Part shown: piece by piece, positions 16,796 to 25,535 of the stretch
How the letters are laid out: each line of letters opens with the position of its first letter
How positions within the stretch are numbered: position 1 is the stretch's first letter
Origin: a virus
Lineage: Duplodnaviria > Caudoviricetes
Length of the DNA: 64,000 nucleotides
Direction: 5' to 3' (one strand)
Virus record (IMG/VR): IMGVR_UViG_2846802666_000001
Coordinates: 1,549-65,548 of that record
The notes under the pieces: generated by a model
Database searches by the model: none
Told to the model about the DNA's origin: nothing
The model's input: only the letters and a program-made list of their open reading frames with translations
Made by a program: the position numbers and the translations under genes

Positions 16796-17736
16796 AGGCC
16801 ACCCTCCTGCTTTGCGGGTGCTGCGGCGCGCATAACGCGGTCTAGTTCCGCAGCGATGAGCGCCCCAGCCTTCTCAAGATCGCGTTGACGGCTGGTTGGC
16901 TTCCAGAAATCGCGAGACCAAGGCCATGCGCCTGGTGCGTCATCTAGTTCGCCGCTATTATGAAGGGCGTAGCAAGCCGCAGCTTCCAGCAGTTCGCCGT
17001 TCGTATATTTGTCGTCATGCTCGGGAGACCAGCCTTCTTTTTCAATCTGGCGGGCGCGCTCGGCTGCGATGGCCTTTATCGCGGGGCTCCCAACCACGTC
17101 CTGCACTTGTGCGGAGAGGGCGAGGCGTAGCATTTCAGCGCATTCTTTGAATGCTTTATTTCGGGCGCTCCAATTCGGACCGAAGCCATTCCCTTCTTCG
17201 ACGGCATCCTTTTGCTTGCTGTGCAGGATTGCCAAAACGCGCTCAAAGCCCCGCTTTTCATTTTCGCTTTGAGGCGTCAGAGCAGCCCAAGCCGTGCGGA
17301 ACTGGTTGTAAAAGTGGTCTCGTTCTCTGGCCGTTTCGTTTAGTCTATCCCGCAGAGACGCAATCTCGTCACCTTCGTATAATTTTTCTGTGCAGCCAAC
17401 TGCTCCCGCAGAGCCCGAGAAACGCTTGTCCTGTGGATGAGGCATGAACTCAACAGGATCGACTGGGCTTTCGCCTTCCAGATCCCACCAGTATCCATTC
17501 TTGTCATCAGTCCAGACGGCCTCGTAAATCCGGCCATCTTCATCCCGCACCCAGTAGCGCTCGGAGAGCCTGAGCATCACGCCGACCTCTGAAAAATCCT
17601 GAACGTCGGTTATCGAGCGATCGGCCTGGGAAATCGGAAGCCATCTAACCCCAAGCTCTTTTTGAGCCTGAAGTTTTCCTTCTTCAAAACCGGTTCGACG
17701 TGCGGCTTTCCTGCGATGCAAATGAGATTTCGTCAC
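16792..17736 (-). CDS. Mosaic hypothetical phage early protein
   Basis: Contains the IAAERARQIEKEGWSPEHDD...WPW...WKP module common in temperate phages. Confidence 0.75.
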   Translation of the reverse strand: MTKSHLHRRKAARRTGFEEGKLQAQKELGVRWLPISQADRSITDVQDFSEVGVMLRLSERYWVRDEDGRIYEAVWTDDKNGYWWDLEGESPVDPVEFMPHPQDKRFSGSAGAVGCTEKLYEGDEIASLRDRLNETARERDHFYNQFRTAWAALTPQSENEKRGFERVLAILHSKQKDAVEEGNGFGPNWSARNKAFKECAEMLRLALSAQVQDVVGSPAIKAIAAERARQIEKEGWSPEHDDKYTNGELLEAAACYALHNSGELDDAPGAWPWSRDFWKPTSRQRDLEKAGALIAAELDRVMRAAAPAKQEGGL

Positions 17737-18320
17737 TGGCCGCTCCTCCGCAAGTGATGATATGTTTCAAGGAAGGCCTCGGCAGCGCCGTGCGGATCTT
17801 CCCAAGGGAAGATTTCGGCCTCAAATGGTCTGCGGCCCTCGACCGTTCCCCACGTCTCACCATTGCTTGGCATCAGGTCACGCTGCTCTGTCGCCAGCAT
17901 GCATAGATCCAGATGCTTGATGTAATTATGGGAAGGTGTCTTAACCCTGAAGAGGGAAAGGCCAGCAGCCTCGCAGCGCTTCTCAACTGCCTTGTAGTCA
18001 GGGCATTTGGATTTCAGAGGCGAACTCATGTCGCCACAGGTCGCCTCGCCAACCTCGTGCATCAGCGCCGCCATCTTGCTTCCCGGCTCAGCGTAACCAG
18101 CCATGATGATGCAGTGCTGGGCAACGGAGTAATAAACCCGCTTGCCTGTGCGGCGACTGACACACTGGCCGGAGAAGCGCGACTGAAAGGCGAGACCATA
18201 GGCCACATCCTCAATCGTCAACTCGGATCCTTCCGGGTTGTCGAAGTCGAAATAGGTGCCGGATCCGAGAAGAATGGTCGGGCCGATGATGCGATGGATA
18301 GGTGCAGACTGTTCTGTCAT
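17733..18320 (-). CDS. HD-domain (YfbR-like) deoxynucleotidase
   Basis: IEDVAYGLAFQSRFSGQ, YYSVAQH and ALMHEVGEATCGDMSSPLK. Confidence 0.8.
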   Translation of the reverse strand: MTEQSAPIHRIIGPTILLGSGTYFDFDNPEGSELTIEDVAYGLAFQSRFSGQCVSRRTGKRVYYSVAQHCIIMAGYAEPGSKMAALMHEVGEATCGDMSSPLKSKCPDYKAVEKRCEAAGLSLFRVKTPSHNYIKHLDLCMLATEQRDLMPSNGETWGTVEGRRPFEAEIFPWEDPHGAAEAFLETYHHLRRSGQ

Positions 18321-19453
18321 CAGGAAACCCTCATAGGCATGACGATGTAATCTTCGTCGGCGTCGCCATCTGGCGTGAAATGTCCCGGCGCGCCGGGGTC
18401 CGTGCCGTGGAGACAAAAAGATGTGGTGGAAATGCTGGACAGGGTTTCGTTGACGTATGTCGGATTGAAACCCCTCAGGTGGCTGTCGCCGTCGAATTCG
18501 ATATCGACCGGCTCGGACGCGTTCTGGCCGTCCCGCGCCACCAGCTCGATCTGCATCAAGCCTTGCTGGATATCGAGGCGGACGGAAGACTTACTGATGT
18601 CGCCGGCAATGACGCTCACGCGGGTAATCGCCTTGCTGACAGTGGAGCGATCGGCGCGCAGGAAGACATTGCTGCGCGCGGGAATGATGCGGTGGTAATC
18701 CGGAAACTGGCCGTCAATCAGTTTTGAAACAAGGGTGATATCCTCGCACTCGACGACAATCTTCCGGTCATTGATGAAGAATGAGCAAGCGGCCTTGCTG
18801 TGGCCGAACAGCTTGCGGATTGCCTGAACCGTCTTGATCGGGATGATTGGCGGCTCGAATGCATTCAACTCGCTGGGCGAGATCCGCGATACGGCCATCT
18901 TCAAGCCATCAGTGGCGCATATTGCAAGCTTGCCGCTCTCCAGCCCTTCGACGAAGGTTCCGGACAGATAGGGTCTATCCTTCATCGTCGTGTTCATTGC
19001 ATAGGCGACGCGACCCAATGCATCCGTCAGAACGCTGGCCTGCACCGCAAACGCCAATGGCGGCCGATCTGCTCCGATGGATGGAAAATCGGAAGCGGGC
19101 AGGGTATGCAGGTTGAAACGCGAACGTCCGCCACTCACTGTGACCTGACCGGGGAACTGTCCTGGCTTGACTGTGATCTCTGCCGACTCCGGCATGTTCT
19201 TTACGATCCGGTAGAACTCATCGGCTGCTATGGTCAGGCCTTCGCCGGCCGCTGCCTCCAGCAGCTCGCAGCGCGTCCCGATTTCAAGATCAAGGTTGGT
19301 GCCGCGCAGCAGGAGGCGTTCGCCATCTGGCTGCAGCAGCACGTTTTCGAGGATCGGAATGTTGTCCTTGGCCGGAACGGCTTCGGTCACCGCCGACAAG
19401 GCCACCAGAAGCTCGGACCGATGAGCGCGGAAATGGATAGGATCTTTACTCAT
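18320..19453 (-). CDS. dnaN: DNA polymerase III beta sliding clamp (phage-encoded)
   Basis: IPILENVLL, GTNLDLEI, ATDG, SKLIDGQFPDYHRIIP, GFNPTY and IVMPMRV. Confidence 0.92.
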   Translation of the reverse strand: MSKDPIHFRAHRSELLVALSAVTEAVPAKDNIPILENVLLQPDGERLLLRGTNLDLEIGTRCELLEAAAGEGLTIAADEFYRIVKNMPESAEITVKPGQFPGQVTVSGGRSRFNLHTLPASDFPSIGADRPPLAFAVQASVLTDALGRVAYAMNTTMKDRPYLSGTFVEGLESGKLAICATDGLKMAVSRISPSELNAFEPPIIPIKTVQAIRKLFGHSKAACSFFINDRKIVVECEDITLVSKLIDGQFPDYHRIIPARSNVFLRADRSTVSKAITRVSVIAGDISKSSVRLDIQQGLMQIELVARDGQNASEPVDIEFDGDSHLRGFNPTYVNETLSSISTTSFCLHGTDPGAPGHFTPDGDADEDYIVMPMRVS

Positions 19454-19460
19454 GTCGCCC

Positions 19461-19811
19461 TCAGCTCCGTTTTCCGGTGAGGAGGTCGGCAATCCCACGT
19501 TCGTGGGAGGGGGGGGCAAGATCAAAGTGACGCGACAGGATTTCCATCGCCTCATCAACGTTGCCTTCTGCCATACGCCGGTATGCCTCGCCGACATGAT
19601 AAAGGTCGCTGTCGTCGAGCTTATGCAGCTGATCGTAGGCGTCGATGATGTCGTCTTCGTCCAGGTCGCCGATTTCGACCTGTACCTTCGCATTGAAAGT
19701 CAGATCAGAAACAATCGCAGGGTGAAGACAATGCTTCTTGAGCCATGCGGCGATACGCTCGTCATTGTGATCATCTGAAAAATTGATCGTGATTTCCTGA
19801 TTTACCTGCAT
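19461..19811 (-). CDS. Hypothetical protein
   Basis: Operon-embedded ORF. Confidence 0.6.
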   Translation of the reverse strand: MQVNQEITINFSDDHNDERIAAWLKKHCLHPAIVSDLTFNAKVQVEIGDLDEDDIIDAYDQLHKLDDSDLYHVGEAYRRMAEGNVDEAMEILSRHFDLAPPSHERGIADLLTGKRS

Positions 19812-20095
19812 TGGCGGCTCTCCAGAATTTTCGCGTACATGCTGGGGCAGGGCAGTGTGATGCTGCTGCCGAAGCGGCGGATGACGACGGTGGTGAAATC
19901 AAACCTTGCCTGTTGCCAGGTGTTGCCGTTGATCGGCGCGACCAGGCCAAGCTCCTTGCATCGCGTCGTGACGCGGCTGAAGCTAGCGCCGTAGTGGTCT
20001 GCGATCTGGTTCCGGCCCATGCCGCGCTGAACGCAGCGTGCCAGCATGACGGGTGACGGCAATTTGCTGCCGCCGCGCTTATCGGTGTGCCGCAT
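19802..20095 (-). CDS. Hypothetical HTH protein
   Basis: AAGGAG RBS; GMGRNQIADHYGASFSRV. Confidence 0.55.
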   Translation of the reverse strand: MRHTDKRGGSKLPSPVMLARCVQRGMGRNQIADHYGASFSRVTTRCKELGLVAPINGNTWQQARFDFTTVVIRRFGSSITLPCPSMYAKILESRQCR

Positions 20096-21089
20096 GATGG
20101 ACACTCCTTTCGTGGACATTGAGGGATTTGAGAAGATTGCGGCTGTCCGCCCACTTGGCGTGACCGACCCACGCGGCAAGGAATTTCTCCAGCCGCTGGT
20201 GCTCGCCGCCGGCACGATAGGCGCGGATTTTGCGCTTTGCCCGCGCAACACTGTCACGGCGCAGCAGCTTGTGGGTGGGCCAGATGCGGTAACCGACGAA
20301 GTTAGCGCCACGGCTGACGGGTTGGATGCTCCATTTGGAGAACCTGAGGCCCAGCCGCTCGCGTGACAGCTCCTCGATCGAGGCGCGGACCTTGCGCAGA
20401 TGCTCCGACGATTGCCCGAGAACCACGATATCGTCCATGTAGCGATACCAGTAGCGCTCGCCGAGTTCCTGTTGCAGGTGCCGGTCCACCACGCCGCCGT
20501 AAATGTTGGCGAAGATCTGCGACAGTAGGTTGCCGATCGGCAGGCCGATGCCATCACGCGGCAGCATGGTCTCAATCAGGCGCAGCGTGGCGCGGCAAGA
20601 AATCTTCGCTTCTATCAACCGCCACAGCGCGCCGTGCTCGATGCTGGCGAAGTAGCGGGAAAAATCCGTCTTGAGGATATAGAGCGGTTCTGCGTCGTGC
20701 GTCAGCCGCCGCATATCGGCCTGCAATGCCGTTGCAGCTGCATGTGTTCCCTTGCCCGGACGGCAGGCAAAGGTGCGCGGCAACAGCGTCGCCTGAAATA
20801 TCGGCTCGATGACGGCACACAATGCATGCTGCGCCACGCGGTCCTCAAATGGCAGAGCCGATATCATCCGCTCCTTCGGATCGAAGATCTTGAAATTATG
20901 CGGCTGGCCGGGACGATATGTGCCGTCGCGCATGGCCTGCGACAGATCCTCCAGATTGAGGATCGAGAACTCATTGAACTCCAGAAAGCCCGTCGTCAGG
21001 CGCTTGCCAAGGGTGGTGCGCCTGAAGGCGTGACGCATGTTGGCGTCTGCCGTGATCTTTCCGATAAGGTTGCGGTATTTCTTTCCCAT
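20079..21089 (-). CDS. DGR reverse transcriptase
   Basis: GLPIGNLLSQIFAN (DGR-type SQ motif), YRYMDD and FVGYRI; about 336 aa, no maturase or RNase H domain. Confidence 0.95.
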   Translation of the reverse strand: MGKKYRNLIGKITADANMRHAFRRTTLGKRLTTGFLEFNEFSILNLEDLSQAMRDGTYRPGQPHNFKIFDPKERMISALPFEDRVAQHALCAVIEPIFQATLLPRTFACRPGKGTHAAATALQADMRRLTHDAEPLYILKTDFSRYFASIEHGALWRLIEAKISCRATLRLIETMLPRDGIGLPIGNLLSQIFANIYGGVVDRHLQQELGERYWYRYMDDIVVLGQSSEHLRKVRASIEELSRERLGLRFSKWSIQPVSRGANFVGYRIWPTHKLLRRDSVARAKRKIRAYRAGGEHQRLEKFLAAWVGHAKWADSRNLLKSLNVHERSVHHAAHR

Positions 21090-21281
21090 GATAATCGCTC
21101 CGGATTGCCGGTCGCGGGTTTCGACGGCGTTGCCGCTACTCCCCGCTTTACCGGACCCTGTCATGTGTTCGCCGAAGCCGGACGATCGGGCCGACCACCC
21201 TGTCAGCTGGGCGTAAACCGCCGTGCCGACCGTGGAAGATGACCGGCGTGGCCGTGGCTCGCGCCGAGTCGTGAATGGATC

Positions 21282-21402
21282 GTCGCTCGCGCCGCGCGCC
21301 CCGATGTTCTCGTTCGAGTTCTCGGGCCAGTAGTCCAAGTTCGCGTACCGGGAGCCGGCGTTCTCGCCGTTGATCCAGGAGCCGCCAAAGATGGACGGAC
21401 GC
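21282..21402 (-). repeat. DGR template repeat (TR), 121 bp
   Basis: Lies between avd and RT; AAC-rich; differs from both VRs almost only at TR adenines. Confidence 0.96.
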
Positions 21403-21409
21403 AACAGCA

Positions 21410-21787
21410 TCATGACCCCGACCGCCCGTTGCCTTTTGCCGATCTGATCCACCCGCCGAGCATCGATCCCGTTTCAGCGATGTGGCGCAGTGCCACCTTG
21501 TGCTGGTGATGGGAAAGGAATTTCAGTTTCGGATCGGAGGCAAAGCGCAACCAGAAGCGCAGCGTTGCCAGGTTGGCGTCTGCTGCGTAGAGCTTTGAGG
21601 CCTGTTTCGACTTCGCTGCCTGATAAAGAAAACCGACCTGGTCAAACAACAATCCGATCAGCCGGTCCCGCAGCACGCCATGGCTGCGAGGGCATTTCTG
21701 GAAGATCGGATAGAGGTAGGATACGGCTTTCTCGAATTTCTCGACGATCGCCAGATCCTGCGGATTTACATATTCATCTCGTGTCAT
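21410..21787 (-). CDS. avd: DGR accessory variability determinant (four-helix bundle)
   Basis: 125 aa basic helical protein, KLYAADANLATLRFWLR...ETGSMLGGWI, directly upstream of TR. Confidence 0.9.
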   Translation of the reverse strand: MTRDEYVNPQDLAIVEKFEKAVSYLYPIFQKCPRSHGVLRDRLIGLLFDQVGFLYQAAKSKQASKLYAADANLATLRFWLRFASDPKLKFLSHHQHKVALRHIAETGSMLGGWIRSAKGNGRSGS

Positions 21788-21811
21788 GGCTGGCGATCAT
21801 CCGTTTCAGGG

Positions 21812-21833
21812 GACCCGCGCTTCCGCGCGTGTC
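21812..21833 (-). other. DGR target-recognition hairpin after VR1
   Basis: GAC-A-CGCGC-GGAA-GCGCG-G-GTC on the coding strand. Confidence 0.8.
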
Positions 21834-22770
21834 AGGCATGGTTCAGGTGGTCGCTCGCGCCGCGCGCCCCGAAGTCCTCGAACGAGAACTCGGGCCAGTA
21901 GCCCAAGTCCGCGTACCGGGAGCCGGCGTCCTCGCCGCTGAGCCAGGAGCCGCCAAAGATGGACGGACGCGGGTTATCCGGATCGCCGTCCGTGCCCCAC
22001 TGCCACATGGTGCCGGTGATATCGAACAGGCCCCACTTGCTGATGAAGTTGATGGCGTTCTCATCAAGCGCGCCCGTCACGGTCGGCTCGCTGTCACGGG
22101 AGGCGCGTTCCTTCACGCCATAGGCGGCGGCGAAGAATTCTTCCGCGCCGAGAAGGCGCTTGCCGTGACCTGCGTAGATTTCCACCGCCGTCGCATAGTC
22201 GAGCTTCCTGTATCGGCTCTGGCCGCCCAACTTCATCGGCAAGTCGCGGCCGTCGGCGATGATCGCCCTGGCGCGGCTGGCGCCCTGTTCGTGGTGGTCG
22301 GCGTCCAGAAGATAGATATCCGCCCAGAACAGTTTTCCGCCCAAGGTCTCGACCAGCGCCATGCCGCGCGGATCTGCGCAGGCGGGGCGGAAGCCGATAT
22401 CCCAGATGGAATAAGGGTTGATTGCAGGCGTGCTGTCGCCACCGTCACGGGAACCCGCATTGCCGCCCGGTGCAAAATGAAAGCCGCCGAAAAACTTCTC
22501 TGCTGTGGGCTTGCTGTCCAGCAGTTCGGCGACCGGAAACCCGTCATCGTCGATGCCGACGCCATAATCACGGCCCGGCACAAGCTCGTCGAACAGGACG
22601 GGAGTATCTTTGTCGAAGAAATGGGGGCGCTCACTGGTAGTGATCATGGTGCCCGCCTTGATGATAAGGTCGAGACGACCGGATTTTGCAAGCACCGGGG
22701 CAGATGCCACGGGTCCAACACGCTGGATGGAAATGCCGCCAAGGGTATTTTCGGCTGTTGCTGTCATCAT
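21832..22770 (-). CDS. DGR target 1, Mtd-like C-type-lectin-fold protein
   Basis: GGFHFAPG, INPYSIWDIGFRP, DPRGM, WADIYLL and FGARGASDHL resemble Bordetella BPP-1 Mtd; C-terminal VR. Confidence 0.92.
   Translation of the reverse strand: MMTATAENTLGGISIQRVGPVASAPVLAKSGRLDLIIKAGTMITTSERPHFFDKDTPVLFDELVPGRDYGVGIDDDGFPVAELLDSKPTAEKFFGGFHFAPGGNAGSRDGGDSTPAINPYSIWDIGFRPACADPRGMALVETLGGKLFWADIYLLDADHHEQGASRARAIIADGRDLPMKLGGQSRYRKLDYATAVEIYAGHGKRLLGAEEFFAAAYGVKERASRDSEPTVTGALDENAINFISKWGLFDITGTMWQWGTDGDPDNPRPSIFGGSWLSGEDAGSRYADLGYWPEFSFEDFGARGASDHLNHA
21850..21970 (-). repeat. Variable repeat VR1
   Basis: 11 mismatches to TR, all at TR adenines. Confidence 0.96.
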
Positions 22771-22797
22771 AAGAATCCTGATTGAGAGGAGGAAAGA

Positions 22798-22819
22798 GAC
22801 CCGCGCTTTCGCGCGCGTC
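22798..22819 (-). other. DGR target-recognition hairpin after VR2
   Basis: GAC-G-CGCGC-GAAA-GCGCG-G-GTC on the coding strand. Confidence 0.8.
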
Positions 22820-23693
22820 AGGCAGGCGTCAGGTGGTCGCTCGCGCCGCGCGCCCCGATGCTCCCGACCGAGAGCCCGGGCCCGTAGCCCAAGTTCGCGC
22901 ACCGGGAGCCGGCGTCCCCGCCGCTGAACCAGGAGCCGCCAAAGAGGGACGGACGCGGATCGTCGATGTCGCCGTCTGTTCCCCAGACCCAGAGATTGCC
23001 GGTCGCCTGCATGAGGCCGTATAGGCTGGTGCGGGCGGCATCGAGGCCGGTTGTACGTGGGCGATTGTCGGCGCTGGAGCGTTCAGTCACGCCGTGGGCG
23101 GCGGTGCGGAACTCGTCATAGGTCAGCAGGCGCTTGCCGTGACCTTCAAGGATGGATTTCGCGGTCTTGTAATCGAGCAAGTCCAGTGTGCTGCCGGTGG
23201 CTGGCGTCACACCAAGGCGGCTGGTGCCGTGCACGGCGTGATCGACGCCGAGAAGATAGATATCGACCCAGACGATGTTTCCGGCAATGACGCGCACCAT
23301 GCCGCGAGGATCGGGGCAGGCGGGGCGATACTCGATATCCCAGAGCGAATGCGGGTTGATGGCGGGATTGCTGTCGCCGCCCTTGCGTTCAGTCGCATTG
23401 CCGCCGGGAGCGAAGTGGAAACCGGCAAAGAAATCCGCTTTCAGGGGGTTGTCGTTGGCGACGGTGGCAAACAGATCGCCCATGGCATTGATGCCGACAG
23501 CATAATCGCGACCGGGAACCAGCTCATCGAGCGCAATCGCCGTTTCGCGGTCATAGGAATACGTGCGGTCACCGATCTCGACCAGCGAACCGGCCTTGAT
23601 GGAGATCGAGGTCGGGCCGGTAGCGATCAGGATCGGCGCGCTGGGGCTTGGATTGTGAATGCTGATTGTCTGTGGTTCGGCAGTCGTTGTCAT
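22818..23693 (-). CDS. DGR target 2, Mtd-like C-type-lectin-fold protein
   Basis: Paralog of target 1; SIKAGSLVEI, GFHFAPG, SLWDIEYRP and IGARGASDHL. Confidence 0.92.
   Translation of the reverse strand: MTTTAEPQTISIHNPSPSAPILIATGPTSISIKAGSLVEIGDRTYSYDRETAIALDELVPGRDYAVGINAMGDLFATVANDNPLKADFFAGFHFAPGGNATERKGGDSNPAINPHSLWDIEYRPACPDPRGMVRVIAGNIVWVDIYLLGVDHAVHGTSRLGVTPATGSTLDLLDYKTAKSILEGHGKRLLTYDEFRTAAHGVTERSSADNRPRTTGLDAARTSLYGLMQATGNLWVWGTDGDIDDPRPSLFGGSWFSGGDAGSRCANLGYGPGLSVGSIGARGASDHLTPA
22836..22956 (-). repeat. Variable repeat VR2
   Basis: 15 mismatches to TR, 14 at TR adenines. Confidence 0.95.
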
Positions 23694-23726
23694 GGGTTGG
23701 TCCTTTTTGGTTTGGGCTGGACGTGG

Positions 23727-23939
23727 TCAGACGCGTGCCGCAGCGGCGTGCATGCGTTCGATTTCGGAGAGACGGGTGGCGCAGAGAGCCACGCCGCCAA
23801 GGCAACCGAGCAGAAGCACGGCTGTGACGCAGGCGAGGAAAAAGCGGCCATAGGGAACGGCGGCTTCTTTGCGGAAGGTGCCGAGGTCATGGCGGGTCTG
23901 CGGGATCATTGGGGAAATATGGATCAAAGCTGCCTCCAT
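23727..23939 (-). CDS. Small membrane protein
   Basis: Hydrophobic FFLACVTAVLLLGCLGGVAL; start uncertain. Confidence 0.5.
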   Translation of the reverse strand: MEAALIHISPMIPQTRHDLGTFRKEAAVPYGRFFLACVTAVLLLGCLGGVALCATRLSEIERMHAAAARV

Positions 23940-23994
23940 CCGTTTCGGATGCCGCCTCGCGGGGGAGAGACGGACACCGAAACCGGACGTGGCG

Positions 23995-24177
23995 TCAGGC
24001 GGCTTCAAGAAGCGCGTCGTCGTTCGCCTTCATGCGTGCCTTCTCTTGGAGGCGGTCGATATCTGCGTTGGGGAAGTAAAGGTTCAGCTGTTCACGGGTG
24101 CAGCCTTCGCCAAAGCGGCGCATCGCGGCGGCCATGGCATCGATCTTTTCATTGTCGTTCATCGCACTGACGTTCAT
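23995..24177 (-). CDS. Small hypothetical protein, first gene of the leftward early operon
   Basis: GGAG RBS before ATG 24177. Confidence 0.6.
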   Translation of the reverse strand: MNVSAMNDNEKIDAMAAAMRRFGEGCTREQLNLYFPNADIDRLQEKARMKANDDALLEAA

Positions 24178-24283
24178 GTCGGTCTCCGTCCGTTGAAAGG
24201 GAGACCGGACGGCATCGAGGCGAGGGGGTAGGGTGCCGTCCGGTCTTTTCCAAGCCATGTGGTTTGCTCGGATGGACGGAATT

Positions 24284-24332
24284 TCGCGATAATCGCAAAA
24301 TAAGTCAAGAAGTATTTTCGCGATTATCGCGA
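24284..24332 (-). promoter_or_regulatory. pL/OL-like promoter with repressor operators
   Basis: TCGCGATAATCGCAA at 24284 and an inverted copy near 24317 around a minus-strand TTGACT; same motif recurs between cI and cro. Confidence 0.75.
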
Positions 24333-24430
24333 TTATTGTTGCGATGGGCCGCGACAGCGGTGCGCAGATCGCAAAACCGAATCAGCAAAAACCGACTCGA
24401 CTCTTTTGTGCGAAGATGCTTTTTTAGCGT

Positions 24431-24445
24431 GAACGAAACAAGAAC
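24431..24445 (+). promoter_or_regulatory. Alphaproteobacterial LexA (SOS) box
   Basis: GAAC-GAAACAA-GAAC (GAAC-N7-GAAC) 13 bp before ATG 24459. Confidence 0.75.
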
Positions 24446-24458
24446 AAGGGGCGAGGAA

Positions 24459-24725
24459 ATGAAGCGGCCGCCAATCGATCACCCGGATGCGATGCGATTA
24501 ATTGTGGAGCTTTCCAACCTCTATGTGGCCTGCGACGACTGCGGCCATTCTCGGATTCTTGGTCTGGATAACCTGCGAAAAGCGAGCGAGCTTGGGGTGC
24601 ATAACTACACGCAATTATGCCGGAAGATCAGGTGCAGCGAGTGCCCAAAAACAATTCCGGCATTTAGGAATTTGACGATCCGGCCGACGTGGCGCGCCGA
24701 ATACTCTATTCACAGCAGCGCGTGA
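24459..24725 (+). CDS. Small zinc-ribbon protein, putatively SOS-inducible
   Basis: CDDC...CSEC; GAGG RBS; LexA box upstream. Confidence 0.75.
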   Translation: MKRPPIDHPDAMRLIVELSNLYVACDDCGHSRILGLDNLRKASELGVHNYTQLCRKIRCSECPKTIPAFRNLTIRPTWRAEYSIHSSA

Positions 24726-25441
24726 AATACGACCTTGTGAATGCTGAAGACTTTGTCTGTCGGGAATTCCAATTCGTGTGTTTCACCAGATCCTGGATTG
24801 TACTGATAAAGACGCAAAACGTCGCCGCTTTGGCTCTCGAACCGCTTAATGTAGCTCGACACTTCGTCATCTTCGAAATCACCAAGGATCTGAACGATTA
24901 CGTCGTCGCCTTTGCGGTAGCGGGCATGGGGATTAGCCCACGCTGTCTCGCCATGATAGAAACGCGGCTCGCCTGAAGTTCCTTGTATTTGAACCGCGTA
25001 AGCCCCTTCGACGCCTTCCAAGCCAGGCGGACAAAAAACCCGCGCAATGTCTTGGCCGTTCATGATGAAGCGCCCGTTCGGACCCGCAGAAATCTGGCCC
25101 CTTAGAGGAATGGAGACGTCGCCAGGAAAGGCTTGCCAGCGAGGGGGGAAGCTTGCGTTTGGTTTCGGTCGTGGCGCTGAAGGCTGCGTTGGAAGATCGT
25201 TCGATGGGTTGAGCCAGCTGGCCATTTCCTCATAGCCGGGTGGAAGCTCCTGAAAGAACCTGGCGATACCTTCTATCTCTTGGAGGCTGATTTTCCGCGG
25301 CTCTTTAGTGTTTGGCTTCATCCTGCTCAGCATCGTCGAGGAGACGCCGATCGTCTCTGCCAATTCGCTGGCCGTTCCGCGCGGAGAATTCTTGAGCTTC
25401 TGGTCGAGCCAGTTCTTAATTTCGTACTGAGGATCTTGCAT
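24710..25441 (-). CDS. CI-like repressor (HTH plus peptidase S24)
   Basis: N-terminal HTH; YAVQIQGTSGEPRFYHGE and YIKRF S24 motifs; divergent from cro. Confidence 0.9.
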   Translation of the reverse strand: MQDPQYEIKNWLDQKLKNSPRGTASELAETIGVSSTMLSRMKPNTKEPRKISLQEIEGIARFFQELPPGYEEMASWLNPSNDLPTQPSAPRPKPNASFPPRWQAFPGDVSIPLRGQISAGPNGRFIMNGQDIARVFCPPGLEGVEGAYAVQIQGTSGEPRFYHGETAWANPHARYRKGDDVIVQILGDFEDDEVSSYIKRFESQSGDVLRLYQYNPGSGETHELEFPTDKVFSIHKVVFHALL

Positions 25442-25452
25442 AGGGCAGACTT

Positions 25453-25535
25453 TCGCGTATTTCGCAAAAAAATCTATCGCGATAATCGCAACAAATAGAT
25501 TGACATTAAATCGCGATAATCGCAAAGATCGCGAT
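25453..25535. promoter_or_regulatory. OR/pR region
   Basis: TCGCGATAATCGCAA at 25477 and 25511, variant at 25453, TTGACA at 25500. Confidence 0.8.

Noticed and set aside
20079-21452. 457-aa RT as given in the ORF track, or a group II intron/retron RT
   Set aside because: The extra N-terminus is the TR read in frame; the likely start is ATG 21089. Avd, TR/VR and the SQ motif identify a DGR, and no maturase domain is seen
21282-22956. CRISPR array or simple gene-duplication repeats
   Set aside because: Three 121-bp copies with adenine-specific mismatches and no repeat-spacer periodicity
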